64,000 nt of DNA from an uncultured Ruminococcus sp. (GTDB lineage: Bacteria; Bacillota; Clostridia; Oscillospirales; CAG-272): assembly GCA_964434325.1 (NCBI GenBank), contig CAYSUO010000001.1, positions 16,513-80,512 on the forward strand. The letters are read 5' to 3'. How positions within the stretch are numbered: the stretch's first letter is position 1; each line of letters opens with the position of its first letter. A model generated the notes under the pieces. It did not search any database. It saw only the letters and a program-made list of their open reading frames with translations, and was not told the DNA's origin. Both the position numbers and the translations under genes were made by a program. Shown piece after piece: positions 8,646-17,009 of the stretch.

Positions 8646-9874
8646 TGGAAGGCAAAAGGATATGCGTTGTAGGTGGCGGTGCGGCGGGAATGATGGCGGC
8701 GGGTACTGCCGCGCGTTGCGGCGCCAACGTTACCCTGTTTGAGCAAAATCATTTTTTGGGAAAAAAGCTTGCAATTACGGGTAAGGGACGCTGCAACGTA
8801 ACTAACAACTGCAAAACGTCGGAATTTTTAGACAACGTGATAGTAAACCCGAGGTTTTTATATTCCGCGCTCAACACGTTTGACACACAGAGCACGATGA
8901 GACTTTTTGAAGAGCTTGGCGTTCCTCTAAAAACGGAGCGCGGAAACAGAGTTTTCCCTGTTTCCGAAAAAGCTATCGACATTGTAAACGCGATGAAAAA
9001 ATATTCATCAGCGGCACGGCTCATCAATGAAAAGGTTAAATCGATAAAAAAGTGCGAGGGCGGTAGCTTTTCGGTACTCACCGAAAAAAGCGAATACTAT
9101 TTTGACAAGGTAATCCTTGCAACGGGCGGAAAATCGTATCCGCGCACGGGCTCCGACGGCTCGGGATATCGCCTCGCCTGTAAGCTGGGGCACACCGTGA
9201 CAGAGCTAATTCCCTCTTTAATCCCGATTGAAAGTGACTCTCCACTATGCTCACGCATGCAGGGGCTATCGCTAAAAAACGTTGGCATTGAAATTCGCGA
9301 CGCCAAAAATCGTTGCATATACGAGGACTTCGGCGAGATGATGTTTACGCATTTCGGAGTTACGGGACCTATAATACTCTCCGCTTCAACGCATTTGCGT
9401 AACCAAAAGATAAGCACCCTCAAACTGCATATAGACTTGAAGCCAGCTCTCGATGAAAAGAAACTCAACGAGAGAATTTTATCCGATTTCAATGCACAAA
9501 GCAATCGCGACTACGCAAATTCTCTCTCTCGACTTTTACCGTCAAAAATGATAGATCCTTTTGTCGACGTGACGGAAATACCGCCGCACAAAAAGGTCAA
9601 TTTGATAACGAAGGACGAAAGAAAGAAAATCGTTTCCAGCATGAAGGATTTTCAAATTCCATTAAAATCGTTCAGGCCCATCGAGGAAGCCATCGTCACC
9701 TCTGGGGGTGTCAGCGTCAAAGAGATAATGCCAAATAGTATGGAATCAAAGCTCTCTTGCGGTCTTTATTTTGCTGGGGAGATACTTGACGTAGATGCAT
9801 ACACGGGCGGTTTCAATCTGCAAATTGCATTCTCAACAGGATATTTGGCAGGAAAATCCGCGGCAGAAAATTAA
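8645..9874 (+). CDS. HI0933/YhiN-like FAD-dependent oxidoreductase
   Basis: Dinucleotide-binding VVGGGAAGMMAAG followed by GKGRCNVTN, typical of the family. ATGA overlap with the RpiR gene. Confidence 0.8.
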   Translation: MEGKRICVVGGGAAGMMAAGTAARCGANVTLFEQNHFLGKKLAITGKGRCNVTNNCKTSEFLDNVIVNPRFLYSALNTFDTQSTMRLFEELGVPLKTERGNRVFPVSEKAIDIVNAMKKYSSAARLINEKVKSIKKCEGGSFSVLTEKSEYYFDKVILATGGKSYPRTGSDGSGYRLACKLGHTVTELIPSLIPIESDSPLCSRMQGLSLKNVGIEIRDAKNRCIYEDFGEMMFTHFGVTGPIILSASTHLRNQKISTLKLHIDLKPALDEKKLNERILSDFNAQSNRDYANSLSRLLPSKMIDPFVDVTEIPPHKKVNLITKDERKKIVSSMKDFQIPLKSFRPIEEAIVTSGGVSVKEIMPNSMESKLSCGLYFAGEILDVDAYTGGFNLQIAFSTGYLAGKSAAEN

Positions 9875-9993
9875 TTGGCATAAGATTTAAAATAGTTTCA
9901 ATCGTTGTCAATTTTACTTTTACTTGTAATGTGCAGGCAAACAAAATTTAGTTGAAACGATGATAACGATATTGCAAGGAAGGAAATAAGATT

Positions 9994-11307
9994 ATGTTTA
10001 ACGTTGCGATAGATGGTCCTGGTGGCGCGGGAAAATCGAGCGTTGCCAAAGAAGTTGCCAAGCGGCTCGGGATAATCTACGTCGATACGGGCGCGCTTTA
10101 TAGAACAATAGCACTACATATCGTAAACCGAGGAATAAACCCCAAGGATTCAGTACACGTTGAAGCTGAGCTTGCGGAAATATCCATCGAGCTTGCTTTT
10201 GAAAACGGAAAGCAGATAATACTCTTAAACGGCGCAAAGGTTGGCGACGAGATACGCACTCCCGAGATATCGATGGCGGCTTCGGCGGTCAGTGCCATTC
10301 CCGCCGTCAGAGAATTTCTACTTGAAACGCAACGCACCATTGCAAAAAACAACAGCGTTATAATGGACGGACGCGACATAGGAACGGTGATACTTCCCGA
10401 CGCGAAGGTCAAGATCTTTCTTACTGCCTCGCCGAAGGCACGTGCCAAGCGCCGATACGAGGAGCTATTAGCTAAGGGGCAAAGCGTTACTTACGAGGAC
10501 GTGTACGCCGATATGCTTGAACGCGATAAAAACGACAGCACAAGAGCCGTTGCACCTTGCAAAAGGGCAGACGACGCCGTGCTCTTGGACAATTCAAAGC
10601 TGACGGCGGAGGAAACGACTCAAAGGGTCATCAAGATTATTCGCAAAAAGCTAAAAAAGAAGATGAATCTTTACATGTTTTTGCACGGTACGCTTGCTCC
10701 AACGGTGCGCTTTATTCAAAGGATAAAGCCGATAGGGCTTGAAAACGTTCCACTTGACGGAAGCCTTATGATATGCTCCAATCATATTGCGGCTAAGGAC
10801 GTTATAATGATAGGCGCTGTCTTTCCGAGGCAGATAAGATTCGTTGCAAAAAAAGAACTTTTTAAAATACCTCTGCTCGGGTGGTTCTTCAACAAGCTCG
10901 GTGTCGTTAAGCTTGATCGCGGCGGTGCCGATGTCGGTGCCATCAAAACCACGGTAGAGCTTGCAAAGAGCGGCGAGACGGTGGCGATATTCCCGCAAGG
11001 GCACCGATATCCTGGCGTCTCCCCTTCGGAAACGCCTATTAAAAACGGGGCGGGACTTATCGCGTATCACTCGGGCTGTGATGTTATTCCCGTATGCATC
11101 AAAACAGCAGGAAATAAATACCGCTTTTTAAGAAAAATAGAGGTGCGATTCGGCAAGCCGATAAAAAATTCTGAATTTTCCTTTGAAAAAGGTGGTAGCG
11201 CCGAATATAAACTCGCTTCCGAAAAAATATTTAACGAAATATTGAAGCTTGGCGATTATGCGGCGCTTCCCTCCCCGACGGGCGACGAAACACAGGGTGC
11301 GACGTGA
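9994..11307 (+). CDS. cmk: fusion protein: cytidylate kinase + 1-acyl-sn-glycerol-3-phosphate acyltransferase
   Basis: N-terminal half has the P-loop GPGGAGKSS (Cmk). C-terminal half has the HX4D motif NHIAAKD and FPQGHR (PlsC/LPLAT). A single uninterrupted frame. Confidence 0.85.
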   Translation: MFNVAIDGPGGAGKSSVAKEVAKRLGIIYVDTGALYRTIALHIVNRGINPKDSVHVEAELAEISIELAFENGKQIILLNGAKVGDEIRTPEISMAASAVSAIPAVREFLLETQRTIAKNNSVIMDGRDIGTVILPDAKVKIFLTASPKARAKRRYEELLAKGQSVTYEDVYADMLERDKNDSTRAVAPCKRADDAVLLDNSKLTAEETTQRVIKIIRKKLKKKMNLYMFLHGTLAPTVRFIQRIKPIGLENVPLDGSLMICSNHIAAKDVIMIGAVFPRQIRFVAKKELFKIPLLGWFFNKLGVVKLDRGGADVGAIKTTVELAKSGETVAIFPQGHRYPGVSPSETPIKNGAGLIAYHSGCDVIPVCIKTAGNKYRFLRKIEVRFGKPIKNSEFSFEKGGSAEYKLASEKIFNEILKLGDYAALPSPTGDETQGAT

Positions 11308-11346
11308 GCCACGCTTCAACGACAACGAATTTTACAGGTAAAGCTT

Positions 11347-12225
11347 ATGGAAATTTTCCTTGCAAAAAATGCGGGCTTCTGCCCTGGCGTTAAAAGAGCG
11401 GACGAGGCAGTTCACAGCCTTATAGAGAAGCAGGACGGCACGATATACACGCTCGGGAAGCTGATTCACAACGAAGAATACGTAAAGAAGCTGAGAGATA
11501 GCGGCGTTGAGGAAATCACTATATCGAAGATCGAAGAGATACTTCCGTCGGCACAGCGTAACGTTAATGTTGTAATAAGAACACACGGTATTACAAAGGA
11601 GGAGGGCGAGCGTTTAAAACGTCTGGAAGATCAATACCCTGTTCTCAAAGTCTACGATATGACTTGCCCTTCTGTCAAAAGAATACATAGACTTGCGGAA
11701 ACAAAAACCGACGAGGTGAAGACCGTCTTTTTGCTGTTTTGCAATCCTGCGCATCCCGAGGCAAAAGGGATTATGAGCTATGCTAAGGGGGAAAAATACG
11801 CCTTTTCAAGCTTGGACACTATCAAAGACATAAATTTTAGAGAAAAAGTTCCCATTTTATGCTCGCAAACCACTCAAAATTTGTTGGAATTTGAAAAAAT
11901 AAAAAAATTTTTCAAAAAACTATATACAAACTTAATTTTTTTTGATACAATATGTAGTGTTACGGAAAAACGCCAGCACGAGGCGATAGAGCTTTCAGAA
12001 AAAACCGACGCTATGATAGTTATAGGTGGGAGCGACAGCTCAAACACGAGGAAGCTCTACGAGCTCTGCTCGGCAAAAGCCCCATGCACGCTTTGGATAG
12101 AAGGCACAACGGATATAAACGACCATGCTCTGCCGAAGGGTGCAAAAAAAATAGGAATTACCGCAGGTGCTTCCACACCTGAGGATATAATATTGGAGGT
12201 AATAAAACAATGGAAAAAGAATTAG
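11347..12225 (+). CDS. ispH: 4-hydroxy-3-methylbut-2-enyl diphosphate reductase
   Basis: MEIFLAKNAGFCPGVKRA N-terminus and the conserved TICSVT / GGSDSSNT blocks. Confidence 0.9.
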   Translation: MEIFLAKNAGFCPGVKRADEAVHSLIEKQDGTIYTLGKLIHNEEYVKKLRDSGVEEITISKIEEILPSAQRNVNVVIRTHGITKEEGERLKRLEDQYPVLKVYDMTCPSVKRIHRLAETKTDEVKTVFLLFCNPAHPEAKGIMSYAKGEKYAFSSLDTIKDINFREKVPILCSQTTQNLLEFEKIKKFFKKLYTNLIFFDTICSVTEKRQHEAIELSEKTDAMIVIGGSDSSNTRKLYELCSAKAPCTLWIEGTTDINDHALPKGAKKIGITAGASTPEDIILEVIKQWKKN

Positions 12226-13403
12226 ACTTTAATTCGATGTTGGAAGACTCGCTCAAAACTTTACATACAGGAGATACGGTTTTCGGTACGATAGTTACCA
12301 TAGGCAAGAACGAAATCAATCTTGACCTTGGAACAAAGGTTACTGGTGTGCTCACCAAAGAGCAGATCACTGATGACCCGAACGCGGACTTGGCTCAGAT
12401 GTTCAAGGTGGGCGATGAAATCGAGGTCTTCGTTATACGCGTTGAGGACGGCAAGGGCATCGCCACCGTTTCCAAAAAGCGCGTTGACCGCGACAACAGC
12501 TGGGTAGTCTTAAAGAACGCTTACGACAACAATGAAATTCTCGAAGGCACTGTGGCTTCCGTAATCAAAGGCGGTGTGCTCGTAAGCGTTGAAGGCAACT
12601 CGGTATTCGTTCCCGCTTCTCAAACGGGTCTTCCCAGAGGAGCTGAGCTTCTCTCGCTCAAAGGAACGACTCAAAAGATCAAGCTTTTGGAATTCGACGT
12701 GGAAAAGAAAAAGGCGCTCGGCTCCATCAAGGTCGTTTTAAACGAAGAAAAGAAGGCGAAGGAAGACGCGATCTGGTCTACCCTCGAAGTTGGAAAGCAC
12801 TATCTCGGGACGGTCAAAAACTTGACCTCGTACGGAGCTTTCGTTGATATAGGCGGCGTTGACGGTATGATACACAACACCGAGCTTTCGTGGAAGAGGA
12901 TTAAGCACCCCTCACAGATAGTCAGCGTAGGACAGGAGCTCGACGTATTCATCAAAGAGCTTGATTCTGAAAAGAGAAGAATTTCTCTTGGATATAAAAC
13001 GCAGGAAATGGACACCTGGTATCAGTTCACCCAGAAATTCAAGGTTGGCGACGTTGTTCCCGCCAAAATCGTTTCTATAATGCCCTTCGGCGCTTTCGCC
13101 GAGGTTTATGATGGCGTTGACGGTTTGATCCACATATCGCGCATATCCACCGAAAGAATTAATTCCCCCGCCGACGTTCTGAGCGTCGGTCAGGTCGTCG
13201 ACGTAAAGATCACCGAGATAGACGACGATAACAGAAAGCTCGCGCTTTCAATCCGCGCTATTATGGAAGAAGCCGAGAGAGCCGCCGCTGCCGAAAAGGC
13301 TGCCGCCGAAAGAGCTCAACGCGAAGCCGAGGAAGCTGCCGAGGCTGAAAGACTCGCACAAGAGCGCGCCGATATGGCTCCCTATATAGTAGGCTCAATT
13401 TGA
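12210..13403 (+). CDS. rpsA: 30S ribosomal protein S1 (four S1/OB repeats)
   Basis: Repeated G-x-V-x-G-x-V...GAFV S1 motifs and an Ala/Glu-rich tail. 16-nt overlap with ispH. Confidence 0.9.
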   Translation: MEKELDFNSMLEDSLKTLHTGDTVFGTIVTIGKNEINLDLGTKVTGVLTKEQITDDPNADLAQMFKVGDEIEVFVIRVEDGKGIATVSKKRVDRDNSWVVLKNAYDNNEILEGTVASVIKGGVLVSVEGNSVFVPASQTGLPRGAELLSLKGTTQKIKLLEFDVEKKKALGSIKVVLNEEKKAKEDAIWSTLEVGKHYLGTVKNLTSYGAFVDIGGVDGMIHNTELSWKRIKHPSQIVSVGQELDVFIKELDSEKRRISLGYKTQEMDTWYQFTQKFKVGDVVPAKIVSIMPFGAFAEVYDGVDGLIHISRISTERINSPADVLSVGQVVDVKITEIDDDNRKLALSIRAIMEEAERAAAAEKAAAERAQREAEEAAEAERLAQERADMAPYIVGSI

Positions 13404-13418
13404 CAATACCAATCTAAG

Positions 13419-13462
13419 AACAGCGTTCCGCTACCGCAAGGCAACGGAACGCTGTTTTAAAT
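13419..13462 (+). terminator. intrinsic terminator after rpsA
   Basis: 12-bp stem AACAGCGTTCCG/CGGAACGCTGTT followed by TTAAATT. Confidence 0.8.
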
Positions 13463-13539
13463 TATAAAAGCTGGTGCATTGCCCGAAGCATTATGGGCAC
13501 AGACATACACTCTTTTGCTTCTTACTATAATCGTAAATA

Positions 13540-13591
13540 AGATTTGAAAGCTTACGAAGGTTATATGCTAACCTTTTATCGAAACGTAAGC
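13540..13591 (-). terminator. compound hairpin immediately after the nitroreductase stop
   Basis: Outer stem GCTTACG/CGTAAGC and inner stem AAGGTTA/TAACCTT, with a T-rich tail on the minus strand. Confidence 0.5.
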
Positions 13592-13592
13592 T

Positions 13593-14264
13593 TCAATTCC
13601 AACAGCTTTTATCCTTTTCGGCACCAAGCTCAAAATGGAGCTTTGCTATACCGAGATCTATTTTGGTATAAAAACCGCGCCCCGCTGTCGCCGTAAGCCT
13701 TACTCCATCGTAGAAAAAGTGAAATTTTTGTTGATTCATTGCAGTTGGCGCAAGCAAAGCCGCGCGTGTTCCGTTTAAAAGCCAATCGGGAGCACTTCCA
13801 CCGCCCTCGTAGGTGAATACGAGATTTGGGTCTTTGCTCTTATGAGAAACGCCTTGCGTTTCACCATAGCCGAGGGCTAAAACGCAATACAGCTTCTCGC
13901 CATTTTCAAGCTGGTAGGCGCTTTTTATCTTTTTATAGGTCAGTGCGGCCCAGCAGGTGTTGAGCCCGAGCGCTTGCGCCGTTAAAGCTATTTTTTCGCC
14001 GTAATAGCCGATCGCCTCTTCTCTTCCCTTGTGACCTATCAAGGCAATGTAATTTTTAACCCCGTGAAACTTTCCGTAATGCGCCATAAACGAATCGAAG
14101 GCACAGGGCTCGTCAAACACGAGCTGAATGTGCAATCCGCTTTCGACGTTGCAAGCATTAACGGCACTTTTTAGCCCAGCGCGCAACGCGGGCTCAATGG
14201 GCCTATCGATATAGCTCCTCACAGAATGCCTCGCATTAGCAGCTTCCAATAAATTCATATTCAT
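13593..14264 (-). CDS. nitroreductase family protein
   Basis: N-terminal RHSVRSY motif and overall nitroreductase-fold pattern. Confidence 0.8.
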   Translation of the reverse strand: MNMNLLEAANARHSVRSYIDRPIEPALRAGLKSAVNACNVESGLHIQLVFDEPCAFDSFMAHYGKFHGVKNYIALIGHKGREEAIGYYGEKIALTAQALGLNTCWAALTYKKIKSAYQLENGEKLYCVLALGYGETQGVSHKSKDPNLVFTYEGGGSAPDWLLNGTRAALLAPTAMNQQKFHFFYDGVRLTATAGRGFYTKIDLGIAKLHFELGAEKDKSCWN

Positions 14265-14268
14265 TCCC

Positions 14269-14679
14269 CTATGATAAAAATTTTTTTAACAGCTCAAACA
14301 AAAGCTCCGCCTCGTTTTGCGATAACCCATTAAGCATCGGTGCAACCGTTTGCGCAACGTATTCCTTGCGCTTTTCCAAGGCGGCATTTCCCACCTCCGT
14401 CAACGTTATCGTCACCCTGCGTGCATCGTCGCTCATCGATTTATTTCGCTGAATATACCCCTTGCCTTCGAGATTGTTCAGCGCGGTCGCTATCCGCGCC
14501 GTCGAAACGTTCATTTGCTTCGCAAGCTCGCTCGGGGTGAGCTCATGATCGCTCTCCTGCAAAATCCGCAAAACGTTATACATTCCCTTGAAGCCATCGT
14601 TTATCAAATCTACTAACTTGCGCCAATTTGAAGCTTTACAAAGCTCCTTCATTTCATTTTGAAAAGTTAAAATATCCAT
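14269..14679 (-). CDS. MarR family transcriptional regulator
   Basis: Winged-HTH MarR pattern (LTPSELAKQMNVSTARIATALNNLEGKGYI). Confidence 0.85.
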   Translation of the reverse strand: MDILTFQNEMKELCKASNWRKLVDLINDGFKGMYNVLRILQESDHELTPSELAKQMNVSTARIATALNNLEGKGYIQRNKSMSDDARRVTITLTEVGNAALEKRKEYVAQTVAPMLNGLSQNEAELLFELLKKFLS

Positions 14680-14694
14680 ATTCGCATCCGTTTG

Positions 14695-14737
14695 CTAACA
14701 GTGTTAGTATTATATCATTTTTATCTGCAAATGTCAA
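14695..14737 (-). promoter_or_regulatory. marR promoter (TTGACA-17-TATAAT) with palindromic operator CTAAC-N3-GTTAG at the start site
   Basis: On the minus strand: TTGACA 14732-14737, TATAAT 14709-14714, palindrome 14695-14707. Confidence 0.65.
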
Positions 14738-14820
14738 GCCGATGGCCACTTTTTAACAAATTGTTTGAAATTTCATAATAAACAGGTCTTATAAGTGGTG
14801 CATAAGAAATAATTCTCTGC

Positions 14821-14891
14821 AAAAAAAGAGTTAGCCATTGTTGGCTACTCACGGGCTGCAATTGCCCGCTCGCCTTTCAACAGCTAACTCT
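14821..14891 (-). ncRNA. candidate ~70-nt small RNA or leader: long bulged hairpin with apical CGGGC/GCCCG stem and a U7 tail
   Basis: AGAGTTAGC/GCTAACTCT outer stem (14883-14891/14827-14835), T7 tail (plus-strand A-run 14821-14827), starts about 7 nt after a consensus -10. Confidence 0.4.
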
Positions 14892-14897
14892 ACATTT

Positions 14898-14926
14898 ATT
14901 ATATCAAAATCAAGTCAAAATGTCAA
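14898..14926 (-). promoter_or_regulatory. consensus sigma-A promoter TTGACA-17-(TGa)TATAAT feeding the hairpin above
   Basis: On the minus strand: TTGACA 14921-14926, 17-nt spacer, TATAAT 14898-14903. Confidence 0.6.
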
Positions 14927-15044
14927 TACCCCAAGCAAATAATAATACACTCAAAATGCAAAATGCACGATATTTGTGCGTCGGGAAGCCTCGCAGATAT
15001 GGCGTAGGTAAATCTGCGAAGCTTCGACGCTTACCTAAATCGAT

Positions 15045-17009
15045 TTAATCGAGCTCCTTTACGCCCGTATAAAGCTCATAATAACGCCCTTTAAGCGCCA
15101 AAAGCTCCTCGTGCGAGCCTCGCTCTATTATAACGCCCTTTTCGAGCACCATTATAGCGTTAGCATTACGAACAGTTGATAGCCTGTGCGCTATTACAAA
15201 TGTTGTGCGATTTTTCATCAAGCGATCCATACCGTGCTCAATGTGGCGCTCCGTTCTCGTATCTACCGACGACGTTGCTTCGTCAAGAACGAGGATAGGC
15301 GCCTTTGATAAAGCCGCTCTCGCAATATTTAAAAGCTGCCGTTGCCCCTGTGAAAGATTTGCTCCGTCTCCTTCCAACAAGGTGTCGTATCCGTTTTCGA
15401 GGCGCATTATGAAGCTGTGTGCGCTCGCCGTTTTTGCGGCGGCGATAACCTCTTCATCGCTTGCTTCAAGTCTGCCATAACGTATATTCTCCATAACAGT
15501 ACCCGTAAACAGATGCGTATCTTGAAGGACCATCGCGATATTTCTTCTGAGAAATTCCATATCGTAGCTCTTTAATGGTCGACCGTCTATCGTGATCTCG
15601 CCTTCGTCTATATCGTAGAAGCGATTCAAAAGATTGGTTATGGTCGTTTTTCCCGCACCCGTCGAACCGACGAAGGCTATCTTCTGCCCAGGTTTCGCGT
15701 AGAGTGAAATATCTTTGAGAATCGTTTTCTCGGGCACATAGCCAAAGCTTACATTGTTTAAGACCACATCGCCATTGATCTCTCCCCTATATGCGTTCTC
15801 ATGGTTTTCGGGCTCCGCCTCTTCGTCCATCACCTTGAACACGCGCTCAGCACCTGCGAGGGCGGCGAATATGGTAGACATTTGCATCGATATATTATTT
15901 ATAGGCATCGAGAAGCTTTTGGAGTAGCCTGCAAAAACTGTAAGTGCTCCTGGCGCGAATCCCGAGGTAAACATCAATATTCCTCCAACACCGACGGTGA
16001 GTGCATAGGAGATCTGGCTCGTGTTCCCCATAACGGGGCCCATAATTCCGCCCCAGAATTGAGCATTCATCTGCTTATCGCGTAAATCCTCGTTTAAAAG
16101 GTTAAATTCATCGTTGCAAACGTTCTCGTGATTGAATACCTTTACAACCTTTTGCCCACTCACGCTTTCCTCGATATAACCGTTGACGGCACCGATAGCG
16201 GCTTGCTGACCCGCATAGTATTTTGAAGACCTTTTAGCTAAGAGACTTCCGCCTTTTATGAAAATGGGAATGAACAGCACCGTGATAAGCGTCAGCCATA
16301 TATTGGTCAAAATCATAAAAACGAAGGTGCCGACAAGCGTTATAATGCCGCTGATTATCGAAGTCAGCGAATTATTAAGCATAGTGTCAATATTATCAAT
16401 ATCGTTCGTATAACGGCTCATAAGCTCGCCCGTCGGATTGCTGTCGTAATATCGCACGGGAAGCTTTTGCATTTTGGAGAATAGATCGTTTCTGATCTCC
16501 TGTATGGAATTTTGAGATACGGAAAGCATAAGCCTTGATTGAAGATACGTCGAAATGACGGAAACGATGTATATAACGGCAAAAATCAAAATTGCAGCAA
16601 AAATATAGACCGTCACCTCAACCCAAGCGTTGGACGCTGCTATACTTTGAATAAACGACGTATTCATTAGCGAAGCAATAATGCCATCCGCCGCCGCTTC
16701 GACAGTGCTCATCTTGATATTTTCAAACCCGAGAAACATCGACAAGCGATTTATTATCGGGGCTAAGAGAAAGGTTCCTATGAGCGACGTCGCGGTAGAC
16801 AATATCATACATAGAAAAACCAAACAAAGCTTCAGCTTATGTTTTCCTATATAAGTAAACAATCTTTTAACGGTATTTTTCAGATTCTTCGGCTTTCCCG
16901 AAAGGCGCCTGCCGCGTGGACCACCGCCGCCAGGTCCAGGCATACGCTTTGCCCCCGCTTCAGAACCGCGATTGTATTGATTTTGAAGTTCTTCAAGACT
17001 CCGCGTCAC
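15045..17009 (-). CDS. ABC transporter permease/ATP-binding protein (type I exporter half-transporter)
   Basis: Six-TM domain plus Walker A GSTGAGKTT, signature LSQGQRQ, Walker B ILVLDEATS. Confidence 0.9.
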   Translation of the reverse strand: MTRSLEELQNQYNRGSEAGAKRMPGPGGGGPRGRRLSGKPKNLKNTVKRLFTYIGKHKLKLCLVFLCMILSTATSLIGTFLLAPIINRLSMFLGFENIKMSTVEAAADGIIASLMNTSFIQSIAASNAWVEVTVYIFAAILIFAVIYIVSVISTYLQSRLMLSVSQNSIQEIRNDLFSKMQKLPVRYYDSNPTGELMSRYTNDIDNIDTMLNNSLTSIISGIITLVGTFVFMILTNIWLTLITVLFIPIFIKGGSLLAKRSSKYYAGQQAAIGAVNGYIEESVSGQKVVKVFNHENVCNDEFNLLNEDLRDKQMNAQFWGGIMGPVMGNTSQISYALTVGVGGILMFTSGFAPGALTVFAGYSKSFSMPINNISMQMSTIFAALAGAERVFKVMDEEAEPENHENAYRGEINGDVVLNNVSFGYVPEKTILKDISLYAKPGQKIAFVGSTGAGKTTITNLLNRFYDIDEGEITIDGRPLKSYDMEFLRRNIAMVLQDTHLFTGTVMENIRYGRLEASDEEVIAAAKTASAHSFIMRLENGYDTLLEGDGANLSQGQRQLLNIARAALSKAPILVLDEATSSVDTRTERHIEHGMDRLMKNRTTFVIAHRLSTVRNANAIMVLEKGVIIERGSHEELLALKGRYYELYTGVKELD

